Positions 18,135-28,001 of a stretch of DNA of 64,000 bases are shown in pieces (within the stretch, counting starts at the first letter, position 1; each line of letters starts with the position of its first letter). Under the pieces are notes generated by a model, which made no database searches, had not been told where the DNA came from, and was given only the letters and a program-made list of their open reading frames with translations. The position numbers and the translations under genes are program-made. Source of the DNA: a virus; the IMG/VR virus record IMGVR_UViG_3300045988_180880, positions 160,001 through 224,000 of that record; one strand, written 5' to 3'.

Positions 18135-18691
18135 ACTGTTCTTTTATATATGAATAATTTATCTTTATTACCATCTATTACAAACTTCCAATCTTTCCGA
18201 AATATTACTTTAAGGAAATCAATATAATCAGAAAAACCGATCCCAAGTTGAGGTTTCATCCCATTTAAGAATATTTTATCAACTGAAGATATTCTTATAG
18301 TTCCATAATAACCTTGTAAATTTTCACGAGGGTCTTTTAATACAGGATTAACGGAAGCAACAATATTACTAATTTTATAGTCAGTTACTATAACTTCAAT
18401 ACATTTCCGTATAGATTTAACATATTCCTTATACTCTTTTGACCCTAAAGTTCTCTTAAGATCATAGGCTGCATATAAAACATCATAATTAATGCTTCTA
18501 CACAACTCTTCTCCATACTGATAAAAAATATCTATAAAACTAGAATAAGGTGAATCATCAATAATATCTAAGATCTCAGATTTTCTAGGATAACCAATAA
18601 AAGCTTCGAATTTAGTTTGAATACACCAACCCTCATTATTTAAAATCGAGAGTAAAGTTTTAAGTTGTTCAATATTAGTACTTTCACTCAT
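18131..18691 (-). CDS. hypothetical protein
   Basis: 186-aa ORF with 4-nt overlaps. Confidence 0.7.
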   Translation of the reverse strand: MSESTNIEQLKTLLSILNNEGWCIQTKFEAFIGYPRKSEILDIIDDSPYSSFIDIFYQYGEELCRSINYDVLYAAYDLKRTLGSKEYKEYVKSIRKCIEVIVTDYKISNIVASVNPVLKDPRENLQGYYGTIRISSVDKIFLNGMKPQLGIGFSDYIDFLKVIFRKDWKFVIDGNKDKLFIYKRTV

Positions 18692-19028
18692 CGAAAACTT
18701 GTTCTTCTGAAATTGGTAATACTGGAAGTTGCTGAATTTCTTCGGGAGTCATAAGGATCTCTGCTACCTTCATAATAACCTCCTCACACTCTTCCGATTT
18801 TACTTTTGGAGGAATTGTTCTTACTATCCTTCCAAATAATTCCTTAATATCTTTATATTTTTCAGTATCAGGAAGACTTAGAGATAAAGTTCTAGTATCT
18901 TGTCTAAGTCCTCGTACTGTGTGAATATATTGACATCTAGGACGATTATCAATTCTTCTATAATAAATTATGTTTCTAGCTCTAGCTAAAATACAATTTA
19001 TTCTAAAGTCCATTTCTTGTTCGTTCAT
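18684..19028 (-). CDS. hypothetical protein
   Basis: 114-aa ORF. Confidence 0.65.
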   Translation of the reverse strand: MNEQEMDFRINCILARARNIIYYRRIDNRPRCQYIHTVRGLRQDTRTLSLSLPDTEKYKDIKELFGRIVRTIPPKVKSEECEEVIMKVAEILMTPEEIQQLPVLPISEEQVFDE

Positions 19029-19034
19029 AATTTT

Positions 19035-19562
19035 TTATATATTTTTAATTACATTATTAAGGGATTCAAATCTTTTCGGATCACTATTTATAAATCTTCT
19101 ATAAAATATTTCTTTTTCTACAGCGTAACCTAATTCAAAATAATTTATTAAAGAATAACCCATAACGATACCAGTACCAATATCACTGAAACGAATAGAA
19201 AAAACATCTCTTAATCTATTATTTCCATCAAAAAACCAAAACTCATTCTGTTGATTTACTCCAATAAAATTACCTAAGAGATCAAAATACTTAGATTTAT
19301 ATAATCCTTCCATTGCTTTAGAAGATAAAATTTCTAATTTCTGATCTGTCTCCCATAAATACTCTTTAATTTCAAGAGACCTAAGTTCTCCGAGAGTTGG
19401 AAAAAGAATATTAGTATAATTATTCCAATCAGCCCAAGGAATTAAAATTTCTAGGTCTTTTCCATACAAAGGTGGTTTTTCTGGATTTACTTTCAAACAT
19501 TTTTCATACAACTGTAATCCTTTTTTTACATCCGAAGTATAAATTGAAATATAACTAATCAT
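19035..19562 (-). CDS. hypothetical protein
   Basis: 175-aa ORF. Confidence 0.7.
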   Translation of the reverse strand: MISYISIYTSDVKKGLQLYEKCLKVNPEKPPLYGKDLEILIPWADWNNYTNILFPTLGELRSLEIKEYLWETDQKLEILSSKAMEGLYKSKYFDLLGNFIGVNQQNEFWFFDGNNRLRDVFSIRFSDIGTGIVMGYSLINYFELGYAVEKEIFYRRFINSDPKRFESLNNVIKNI

Positions 19563-20094
19563 AATTACTACTAACTGCTATATATCTATTATTATCTAGA
19601 TCTACTAATACTAAACATATTTTACCACCTGACATATAAAATAAATCACCTTCCCAAAATTCATTCCTATTAACTCCAACTTCTTTCCAAGCTTTTCTAA
19701 AGGATGTTATTAAATAATCTTTAGTATAAAAGTTAGTTATTGTAGATGATTTAGATATATTAACAATCTCTATAAACTTTTTAGAAATCGAACTTCCTGA
19801 AATAAATCCAAAAGGCATAACTAATTCTTCTAGGTCTTTCTTTAATGATAGCATCCTCGAAACATTAAGATATTTCTCATTAATTGGATGTGTCGGTTCT
19901 TTTACTTCTCCTAAACTAAAGAAATAATCATATAGCTCAGAAAATTCAGGATAAAACTCTTCAATTATCTTAGGATCCGCTGTTATAAGTTCGGCCGTAT
20001 TATTTTCCCATCTAACCTTACAATACTGTCTGAATTTCTTATTTAAATCTAATCCAGAACATAATACTCCCAATAAAAATCTACTATCTCTCAT
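19555..20094 (-). CDS. hypothetical protein, paralog of 20084..20684
   Basis: 179 aa. It shares the ..EEFYPEFSELYDYFF.. region with the upstream gene. Confidence 0.7.
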   Translation of the reverse strand: MRDSRFLLGVLCSGLDLNKKFRQYCKVRWENNTAELITADPKIIEEFYPEFSELYDYFFSLGEVKEPTHPINEKYLNVSRMLSLKKDLEELVMPFGFISGSSISKKFIEIVNISKSSTITNFYTKDYLITSFRKAWKEVGVNRNEFWEGDLFYMSGGKICLVLVDLDNNRYIAVSSNYD

Positions 20095-20684
20095 TGTCGT
20101 GTATGATATAATTTGTTAAATATGGAGTAATTACAAAACGGCCGGAAGAAAACAGCGAAATATCTAAAACCTTGATCCTCCAATCTCTCTCAGGTGGTAA
20201 AGGAAATTCATCATTATTTTCAAAAGTAGTGTAATTATGTCCATAAGGTAGACTTTCTTTATAAAAGCTATCTAACCCGGAGATATTTACTCTTGCATCA
20301 TTCCCATCACTTATAAAAGGATTACTCAAAAGAGTTTTAAAACTCTTTTCTAGGTTTCTTGTAAAATCATGTTTGAATGTTTTGACCTCCGTTTCTATTT
20401 CTCTACCACCAAAAGAATATTTACTTGAAAAATATCTATATATCTCCTTAAGTCTGGTGAAAGAGATCTTATAATCAAACTTTCCTCCCGTTAAACAAAA
20501 AAACAGTTCGAAAAATATGAAACTCTGGATAAAATTCCTGAACTGCATCAGAAACTACAGGCTCAAGAGAATCATTAAAAGGTGTTGTAATATACTCTTG
20601 ATAGAACTTACAGTATTCATAAAATTTTTGATCCAATGAAACCTCAGGATCTGATAGGATATTTATTATATTATTCTCTTCCAT
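20084..20684 (-). CDS. hypothetical protein with an interrupted frame (track ORFs 20475..20723 and 20084..20548)
   Basis: MEENNIINIL..QEFYPEFHIF in one frame continues as ELFFCLTGGKFDY.. in the +1 frame, parallel to paralog 19555..20094. The break is at the run 20511-20515 (T5 on the coding strand). Confidence 0.5.
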
Positions 20685-20741
20685 AATAAAAAATAAAAAG
20701 AGCTGCCTGGAAATTCCAAACAACTCTCTTGATTACTATTT

Positions 20742-21431
20742 CTATTTCTTTCTGATAACTTCGTCAATAATTCCAAAATCTAATGCTTCTTGTGCAGTCA
20801 TCCAATTATCTCTCTCACAAGCATCTGCAACAGTTTCATAGGTTTGACCTGTCTGCTCTACAATAGTTTCATAAAGTTCTTTTCTTAGACGTTCCATCTC
20901 CTTAGCTTCAATAATAATATCTGTAGTTTGCCCAGATAGTTGACCTATGAGTGGTTGATGAATCATTGTTCTAGATCTTCTAAGTGCTGAACGTTTACCT
21001 TTAGTTCCACACATTAGAATCATAGCACCATAAGACGCACATAATCCAGTATTTATTGTTCTAACATCAGAATCAATAAATTCCATAGAATCAATAATTC
21101 CCGCACCAGAACTACAACTACCCCCAGGACTATTCACATACATAGTAATATCTGCATTTTCTACAGAATCTAGATATAATAATTGAGAAACTACTATATT
21201 TGCACTATCTGAATTTACATCTGTACCAAAGAAAATTTGACGTTTACTCATAAGCTTAGAAAAAATATCTAGCTGAGACATATTTCTTTCAGACTCCTCA
21301 AGAATATATGGATTGATATAACCTCCTCTAGCTTCTGACATTTTATGAAGTTTATCATCAAAACTAGTCATCTTAAAAGGATTCTGAGATTTATAAAAAC
21401 TTCTAAAATCTTTAATTGTTTTATTTTCCAT
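20742..21431 (-). CDS. clpP: ATP-dependent Clp protease proteolytic subunit ClpP
   Basis: Triad context: GLCASYGAMIL (Ser), TMIHQPL (His), CERDNWMTAQEALDFGIIDEV (Asp). There is an N-terminal extension of about 45 aa. Confidence 0.9.
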   Translation of the reverse strand: MENKTIKDFRSFYKSQNPFKMTSFDDKLHKMSEARGGYINPYILEESERNMSQLDIFSKLMSKRQIFFGTDVNSDSANIVVSQLLYLDSVENADITMYVNSPGGSCSSGAGIIDSMEFIDSDVRTINTGLCASYGAMILMCGTKGKRSALRRSRTMIHQPLIGQLSGQTTDIIIEAKEMERLRKELYETIVEQTGQTYETVADACERDNWMTAQEALDFGIIDEVIRKK

Positions 21432-21647
21432 AATTTATAATAATTAAATGTTTTTATTCAATTATAAGATTTTGAAGCCTAGAAAAAGAAAAATCCCCAA
21501 TCTTCACAGACTAGGGACTTCTATTAAACTTTAAAAACTAATACTAACAAACAAAACACATCTATATGTTTACCATTAATTAAGATTCTGAATCGCTGTA
21601 AAGAGCAAAAAGAAGAAGACCGGATTTCTCACAGTCTTCTTTTGGTT

Positions 21648-22178
21648 TTAACCTGGAAATTTATAAACATAAACAGGCTCTTTTTCGAATTCTAAGTCTT
21701 CAACGATACAAGGAAATGAATATTCTGAATGTAATCGTCGGATGATTCTAGGAAATAATTCTTGATCTCCTCGATTTTGTAAGTTATTTACAAACTTATA
21801 CATCTTAGGTCTTCCATCAGCTGCTACAATCTCTAAGTTATCTATCCACGTATTCCAGATTCTTTGAGCTTGTTCTTCAGAGAGTGCTAAGATGTAATAT
21901 CCTTTCCATCTATAAACATTGAAATTTGTTGGGACAATTGAAAAAATTCCATCTGTATATACTCTTTCACCTAACCCATCAAGAGTTATGTAATAAATTG
22001 GCTTAGGAGAATCCAATTTTATAACTTTTTCAACATTAGTAACTTTGTACTCCTTTTCTCTTTCAATTTCAGGAAAACCGATAATTTCTGGAGATATTAC
22101 AAGTTTAACCCCAATTCTTAAGATTCCATCTTCTCTGACATAATTAATTCCTTGTTTTTGTTTTAATTCTTTTTCCAT
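21648..22178 (-). CDS. hypothetical protein
   Basis: 176-aa ORF followed by the hairpin AAGAAGAC/GTCTTCTT at about 21610-21645. Confidence 0.7.
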   Translation of the reverse strand: MEKELKQKQGINYVREDGILRIGVKLVISPEIIGFPEIEREKEYKVTNVEKVIKLDSPKPIYYITLDGLGERVYTDGIFSIVPTNFNVYRWKGYYILALSEEQAQRIWNTWIDNLEIVAADGRPKMYKFVNNLQNRGDQELFPRIIRRLHSEYSFPCIVEDLEFEKEPVYVYKFPG

Positions 22179-22217
22179 GATTCTTGGATTTTATTGGTTT
22201 ATCTCAAAAGTAAGGTT

Positions 22218-22499
22218 TTAAGACTTTTTCCAAGAAAAGGATCTATCAGTTAAATCAACTTTTATTCCTTCTATCTTTGACGATGAAGTTATTCCAGGGA
22301 GTCTTATTAACTTTCCAAATTTCTTTAGGAAGGCTCTATATTCCCCAAGTTTTAGAATATCAGTACCTTGCGCCGGTAATATAATAAATTTTGAATATTC
22401 TTCATAAATTTTAATAGCTGATTCCTTAGATTTAGCAAATATAAAATACCAACAAAAATCAATATCCGGCGCCTCTATTTCTACTTTATAAACTTCCAT
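22218..22499 (-). CDS. hypothetical protein
   Basis: 93-aa ORF. Confidence 0.65.
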   Translation of the reverse strand: MEVYKVEIEAPDIDFCWYFIFAKSKESAIKIYEEYSKFIILPAQGTDILKLGEYRAFLKKFGKLIRLPGITSSSKIEGIKVDLTDRSFSWKKS

Positions 22500-22504
22500 A
22501 ACTC

Positions 22505-22972
22505 CTATAACATTCCCATTCTTTCTAAAATTGTTTCAATAGCCTCCCAATCAACACAAGAGGTATATATAGTTTTTATTTCTCCAGTATCGAAATTTAC
22601 ATACTCGGCTTCACCCCATCTAAGAGGTATTCCAAGAGCTGTATCATCTATCAAGAAATCTCCTAAAACTTTTCTTGCATATCCTATTACACCTTCTTCC
22701 TCTGGATTATCATTTACACAATACAGTGGAATTTCTCTTTCTCGAAACCATCTCTCAGCTTCTTCTAATGATGTTTCAGTTCTAAATTTTCCTCCAATAT
22801 AATTATATGGATTATTTCTAGAATTATTCCGACAAGTCCAAAGAATCAATCTATGTCCAGCAGAAACTATCCTTTTTAAAACCCTTTCAGCTCCTGTATC
22901 AACCTCTGAAAAACCGGGTTCAGGAAGATTAGGAACACAAGTGCCATCGAAGTCTATCAAAAAAGTTGCCAT
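22505..22972 (-). CDS. HAD-superfamily phosphatase-like protein
   Basis: The N-terminal FLIDFDGTC matches HAD motif I (DxDxT). The protein is 155 aa and its subfamily was not determined. Confidence 0.5.
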   Translation of the reverse strand: MATFLIDFDGTCVPNLPEPGFSEVDTGAERVLKRIVSAGHRLILWTCRNNSRNNPYNYIGGKFRTETSLEEAERWFREREIPLYCVNDNPEEEGVIGYARKVLGDFLIDDTALGIPLRWGEAEYVNFDTGEIKTIYTSCVDWEAIETILERMGML

Positions 22973-23337
22973 AAATTTTCTATAGGTTTTGAGTTAATAA
23001 AAATCTTTTCAATCTCAGGAGAAATTGGTTTATTATGATAAAAATAATCAATCCAATTAGATATAACTATTTCTGCTGTAACTCCCCAAGGAACATAAAA
23101 CACTCGAGATTCAGATATAGTATTCCTAAGTTCTTTGATAAAATCTTTTTGTTTTAAAATAGGTGGATATTTATATTTCCATCTACATAGAAAAAATTCT
23201 TTAATCTCCTTAAGTTTTTCATCTGTAATCTCTCCAGAATTATTAAGTGTTATTGGAAACCAATCGCTCATTTCACTCGTAAAAATAAGTATATCCAATT
23301 TTAATATTAAAATATATCTTCCTCTGTTATTTTCCAT
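22957..23337 (-). CDS. hypothetical protein
   Basis: 126-aa ORF. An alternative start lies at 23271 (MSDWFPI..). Confidence 0.6.
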   Translation of the reverse strand: MENNRGRYILILKLDILIFTSEMSDWFPITLNNSGEITDEKLKEIKEFFLCRWKYKYPPILKQKDFIKELRNTISESRVFYVPWGVTAEIVISNWIDYFYHNKPISPEIEKIFINSKPIENLWQLF

Positions 23338-23516
23338 CTTTTGAATTCTTGTTCATAATTCTTTCTTTTCGGAGATCTAGGTCTTAGTTGTTCTTCAAAT
23401 TTTTCCCAAGCTTCATTCTCGGAGGATGCAATAATTGTCATAAATTCTCTGAAAAATATAGGATTTCCTAATTTATCAAAATCAGATATTTCTTTTACAA
23501 AAAGATATGTCTTCAT
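23307..23516 (-). CDS. hypothetical protein
   Basis: 69-aa ORF. Confidence 0.6.
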   Translation of the reverse strand: MKTYLFVKEISDFDKLGNPIFFREFMTIIASSENEAWEKFEEQLRPRSPKRKNYEQEFKRWKITEEDIF

Positions 23517-23947
23517 TTAACAAAGTGAGTTAGGTCATCAAACTTAACAGGCATACACTCCTTTCTGTAAAATTCCCACATATCTCCAGGCATAATACCT
23601 CTTCTTCCACAATGAGATATCAATTCGATAATATTTAATTCAGATGCAGTATAAATTCTACGTCCTTTAAAGAAATAAAACTCAACTGATTCTTTAATAG
23701 TTTTTATAAGTTGTGCTTCTTTGTAAATTATCTTAGGAGGATTAAGGAGATTATCTTGAAAGTATTTATTATTCATCCAAATAATTTGTTCTTTAAGATC
23801 AGTATAAAAATCATTCCAATCATCCCAATTATAACTTACTAACGAATATTTTTCAAGAATTCGAATAGCTACTATCGGAACTGGAGAACCTAATTTCAAA
23901 TATTCTCCCCATACATCTTTATCTATTTTCTCTTCACCTGAACTCAT
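23513..23947 (-). CDS. hypothetical protein
   Basis: 144-aa ORF with 4-nt overlaps on both sides. Confidence 0.7.
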   Translation of the reverse strand: MSSGEEKIDKDVWGEYLKLGSPVPIVAIRILEKYSLVSYNWDDWNDFYTDLKEQIIWMNNKYFQDNLLNPPKIIYKEAQLIKTIKESVEFYFFKGRRIYTASELNIIELISHCGRRGIMPGDMWEFYRKECMPVKFDDLTHFVK

Positions 23948-25053
23948 CTTACTCTAATAACTAAAGTATTATCTCTAAATTCCTTCCAAGACTTAGCGTT
24001 TGACATCATAAATCCATAATTAATACACTCCTTTAGACCCTGTATCCAATCCTTTAAAGTAGTTCCAATCTCTACCCAAGTCCATTCCGAATCTGATACT
24101 TTTACTCTGGGCTTTTCTCCTGACGATCTCCAAGAATTTACATCTGAATAACCTGCTCGAAGTGCTTGCATCTCAGGGGTAGTATTTCCGAAGTATTGTC
24201 TAACTAAATCTAACTCAGATAATTCGATAGGAGACATATTAACTAAACCTCCTAACTCCTGAACTTCTTCGATAATATCCTGATCTGACTTTACTGTTCT
24301 TTTATAAATTGTTCCAGATGCTTCCAAGATCTTAGCAAACTCACGACCAATCATTACATAATCAGCACCAAGGGCAATAGCTTTTAGGATATCCGAGTGA
24401 CAAGTAATACCACCATCTGCAATAACTTTAACATCCCGAAGTCTACCTTTTCCTGATTTTCGAAGTGAATTAATTGCGCCGAGAATAGATGCCATAGGAT
24501 AATGAAACCCATACTTATCTTGATCAACTAAAGATCCAGATGATATTCCGACACGTACATAATCAAATCCGGCGCCACTATACACTTCGTAAGTCTTAGG
24601 GTTAGCTATATTTCCACCCATCAAGATAACCTGTTTTCCGTAGAGCTGTTTTAATCTCTGTCCAATTTCCATAAGAGCTACATCATGACCATTTCCAGAG
24701 TCGATGCAGATATGAAATTGTTGAGTTGAACCTCTTTGATCTATATTTATAAAATTTTCTCTTACCTCCTGAAGACTAAACGCACAGAAGATAAATCCAC
24801 ACGCTTCAAGTCTAGTTCCAAGTTCAACAGTTCTAGGGAGGATAGGCTTAATTCCAGAATCTTGCCATACTTTCCAATTATCAACTCCAACAATAGCTTC
24901 CATCGGACTTGTAAAAATAGGTAAACTCTTTGGGACCCCTGTAACTTCCTGATCATCTAGAACAAAATAATCAAGTTTCCCAGAGTTAGTCCATCCTAAA
25001 TTAAGATTATCAGGAACTAACATAACATCTGATAATTCTAAGTACTTTTCCAT
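23944..25053 (-). CDS. IMPDH/GMP reductase-family TIM-barrel protein (atypical active-site loop)
   Basis: Motifs DVMLVP, ICIDSGNGH, GGNIANP, VIADGGI and GADYVMIG. The loop aligned with GS(I/V)CTT reads GSLVDQ, so there is no Cys at the catalytic position. Confidence 0.7.
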   Translation of the reverse strand: MEKYLELSDVMLVPDNLNLGWTNSGKLDYFVLDDQEVTGVPKSLPIFTSPMEAIVGVDNWKVWQDSGIKPILPRTVELGTRLEACGFIFCAFSLQEVRENFINIDQRGSTQQFHICIDSGNGHDVALMEIGQRLKQLYGKQVILMGGNIANPKTYEVYSGAGFDYVRVGISSGSLVDQDKYGFHYPMASILGAINSLRKSGKGRLRDVKVIADGGITCHSDILKAIALGADYVMIGREFAKILEASGTIYKRTVKSDQDIIEEVQELGGLVNMSPIELSELDLVRQYFGNTTPEMQALRAGYSDVNSWRSSGEKPRVKVSDSEWTWVEIGTTLKDWIQGLKECINYGFMMSNAKSWKEFRDNTLVIRVR

Positions 25054-25062
25054 ATTCTTTTA

Positions 25063-25875
25063 TTATAATTTAAATAATTCATTCAACCTTTCCTCTTCGT
25101 AGAAAAACTTCTCTAAGAGCTCATCTTTACTCTTATTAAGCTCCTCTAATCTTTTTTCTATGGACTTTATATTATTTTCCATTTTTGTAATTCTATTTGA
25201 CATATTTCTAATTCCAATACGTTTAAAAACATTAAATTGTTCTTCTAGCATCTTCTCTGAAAACGCTACACAATTACTACAATTTAGTATTATACGTTTT
25301 CCTTTAGAATCTTTAAATTCTCTATTATAGTGATCCTTATATACTTCCCTAACAATTGGCTTATTATTAAAAATATTAAAAGAAGGAAGATAATATATGT
25401 ATATCTTCTGGGTTCTCATATAATCATCATAATATTTTTTATATTTATTACGAACTTCACAATTATAGATAACTTTATAATAAGGTACAGAGCGATCTAT
25501 CGTATACTCCCACTCATACTCACCAATTTTCTGTTTATAAGTATAAGTATCTGGATTATTTTCGATAACTTCAGAAAATATTAATTTCCCTAAATCTTCA
25601 GTAATTTCTAATTCTCGTGTAAGAAAAACAGGTGGATAATCCACAATAGAAAAATCAAACCTATCAATGGGAATAATTGGTATTCCCGGTTTATATAATT
25701 TCTTAAGTTCTTGTTTATTAATTAAAGGATTATTAATTACAGTATTTATATATTCTGCTGAAAGAAATTCCTCACTTTTTGGAGAAAAATCGTTAAATAA
25801 TTTTTCTATTATTGGATCGTCTTCTATACGATCCATTGTTAAATACTTATTATAAATTTCTTCTAATGTTAACAT
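25063..25875 (-). CDS. hypothetical protein with C-terminal coiled coil
   Basis: 270-aa ORF. A CTTATATATG-type motif lies at about 25897-25906 (minus sense) upstream. Confidence 0.7.
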   Translation of the reverse strand: MLTLEEIYNKYLTMDRIEDDPIIEKLFNDFSPKSEEFLSAEYINTVINNPLINKQELKKLYKPGIPIIPIDRFDFSIVDYPPVFLTRELEITEDLGKLIFSEVIENNPDTYTYKQKIGEYEWEYTIDRSVPYYKVIYNCEVRNKYKKYYDDYMRTQKIYIYYLPSFNIFNNKPIVREVYKDHYNREFKDSKGKRIILNCSNCVAFSEKMLEEQFNVFKRIGIRNMSNRITKMENNIKSIEKRLEELNKSKDELLEKFFYEEERLNELFKL

Positions 25876-25955
25876 TTATAATTTTATTTTTATTACTACA
25901 TATATAAGAAAATTAAAGATTTAGTAGTTTCATCACCACTAAACCTATTCCAAAT

Positions 25956-26093
25956 TCAATCTAAAAAAGCAAATTCATCACTTAACTGACAAAGCCACTC
26001 TTGATATTCTTCATCACTCATAGTCCTTTGCTTCTCTTTTGCTACTTCTACAATTGTTTCTCCGAAGTTAAACGATTCTTCATATTCTTCCAT
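25956..26093 (-). CDS. small acidic protein (45 aa), not in the ORF track
   Basis: Hand translation gives MEEYEESFNFGETIVEVAKEKQRTMSDEEYQEWLCQLSDEFAFLD. It has its own class I motif 23 nt upstream and a hairpin downstream (about 25918-25945). Confidence 0.45.
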   Translation of the reverse strand: MEEYEESFNFGETIVEVAKEKQRTMSDEEYQEWLCQLSDEFAFLD

Positions 26094-26115
26094 AATTTCT
26101 TTTTTAAGTTTATTA

Positions 26116-26130
26116 CATATATAAGGCTTT
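26116..26130 (-). promoter_or_regulatory. class I promoter-like motif AAAGCCTTATATATG (minus sense)
   Basis: An exact copy of the 15-mer also found at 30705, 32072 and 35108 (plus strand). A one-insertion variant lies at 28002 (minus strand). Confidence 0.45.
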
Positions 26131-26231
26131 AAGGAAATTATATACGGAAAATAAAAAAAATTTACTTATCACAAAAAATAAATTATATTTTTATTTCATA
26201 TATAATATTTTAAGAAAAAAAAGAAGGGAAA

Positions 26232-26972
26232 TTAATCCCCTCTATTAAAAATATTCACATTTACTTCTTTAAAACCTCCTGCTGATAAAACAGCATTACT
26301 ACAAGCAAATCTATCCTCCTGTTTTAATTTTTGATACATTTGAAGTATTTGTCCTGTTGGAGAATCATCAGTTAAGTGTATCTGATTTTCCCTTAACATT
26401 TCATTACTAACATATGTAATAAAACGGAAAAATTTTGTATCTTTCTGAAAAATTCCTAAGGCAACTCCATCATTCAATTTTCCTTCTAAATTCCATTCTC
26501 CCTCTTTTTGAACTTCAGGAATTATTGTTGTAATCATTGCAGAATTAGATCTTAGATAAATATCTACAATCTTTTCAAAGTCAATATTATCTATTTTTAG
26601 ATATCTTTCGCGATACCTTCTCATAAAATGTGCTTCGAATATTACAATATTCCTCAAATTAACATCAAGTGATGGGAATAATATAGCATTCTTTTTTCCA
26701 GTTATTCCATTATTTACGATAGTATAAATGGTAGTCCCTTTTGAAAATTCTCTTTTATTAGGCCATGCTTCAATAATTGCTCGATATTGATTTCTTGATA
26801 CATTAATAATCTTCGTCTCCTTAAACGGAACTGGAGACTTCGTTTGTTGATAAATCTTTAATATTTTATGTTTATTTTTATCTATTTCTCTATTAACTAC
26901 ATCTAGTATAGTCTGATAATCTCTTTTCAATTCTTTAAAGATCTCATCACTGTTCATGTTCATTGTAATCAT
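26232..26972 (-). CDS. hypothetical protein
   Basis: 246-aa ORF that looks monocistronic. Confidence 0.7.
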   Translation of the reverse strand: MITMNMNSDEIFKELKRDYQTILDVVNREIDKNKHKILKIYQQTKSPVPFKETKIINVSRNQYRAIIEAWPNKREFSKGTTIYTIVNNGITGKKNAILFPSLDVNLRNIVIFEAHFMRRYRERYLKIDNIDFEKIVDIYLRSNSAMITTIIPEVQKEGEWNLEGKLNDGVALGIFQKDTKFFRFITYVSNEMLRENQIHLTDDSPTGQILQMYQKLKQEDRFACSNAVLSAGGFKEVNVNIFNRGD

Positions 26973-27068
26973 AATTTTATTCCTTTCTTTTAAATTGTTA
27001 ATAAATCTCTTTTGATTGGTTTAAAAAAGCCGGAGACTTTATATCCCCGGCCAAGAATGGAAAAAGAA

Positions 27069-27506
27069 TTACACTAAACAAGAAAACCCTGATAAAACAC
27101 TTTTCCAGGATCTTATATTCTTCATTTCGGTTGATGTGCATTCAAACATATCCACCCCAAGTCTTTTCTTTCTCTTTGGATCTGGACCTCCTGTCTGTAA
27201 TGTAAACCGAAATTTGTCACTATCTCTAAGGTGTTCAATTTTCACCATATAATAAGTTTCGTAATTTCCCTCTTCATTCTTTTCTGTAATTCGAACGAAA
27301 GATCTAACTGTATAATCTTTATCGTTCTCTGATACATAAAGCTCTTTAAGCGAGCCTTGTATGAATTCAAGATCAGCATCTTCAAGTTTTACTGCTAATC
27401 TAGTCATTCCGTGAACTCCTATACCTAAGAGTTCTGCATTGTAATTTTGTTTGATCAATTCTGCATCTAAACGAATTCCTGACCAAATTTCTTTTAAGTT
27501 TTTCAT
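27069..27506 (-). CDS. hypothetical protein
   Basis: 145-aa ORF followed by a GCCGG/CCGGC hairpin plus a T-run (about 27030-27060, minus sense). Confidence 0.7.
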   Translation of the reverse strand: MKNLKEIWSGIRLDAELIKQNYNAELLGIGVHGMTRLAVKLEDADLEFIQGSLKELYVSENDKDYTVRSFVRITEKNEEGNYETYYMVKIEHLRDSDKFRFTLQTGGPDPKRKKRLGVDMFECTSTEMKNIRSWKSVLSGFSCLV

Positions 27507-27613
27507 TTTCTTAATTGTTTTCTATCCTCTAATTGCTTCGGACGTTGCACTTTTGTTAATTTAATTGTCTCTAAGGCTTCTCTATGAAGCCCTTTTGGTT
27601 GTTTATTCTTTTA

Positions 27614-27901
27614 TTATTTTTTAAAGATTATACACTCTGGTTCCCACCAATCCATTATCGCTTTTTCAGATTTCCATTCTAGTCCTCTATTTGAATTTAA
27701 CCATCTTGAGATCTTTATTTTTGTCTCTATACTTTTATCAGATATTACAAACCTCCTGGCTGCTGTCTCTGTTAGAAAAACATGTTCATCTCTATAGACG
27801 GGTAATTGTTCAAAAAGTACTAAAGGTAGGGTGTATGCTCCTGTAAGACGATCATAACCTAATAAACGAACACCAAATACTACTACATATCTTTTTTTCA
27901 T
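27614..27901 (-). CDS. hypothetical protein
   Basis: 95-aa ORF followed by the hairpin GGCTTC/GAAGCC (about 27565-27600). Confidence 0.65.
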   Translation of the reverse strand: MKKRYVVVFGVRLLGYDRLTGAYTLPLVLFEQLPVYRDEHVFLTETAARRFVISDKSIETKIKISRWLNSNRGLEWKSEKAIMDWWEPECIIFKK

Positions 27902-28001
27902 AATATTTATTTTGTTAATTATTGTCTCTAAAAATCAAAGAGAATTAACTGACATTGTTATATATCAATTAATTCTCTCTAGTAAGATATCTATTTATCT
28001 T

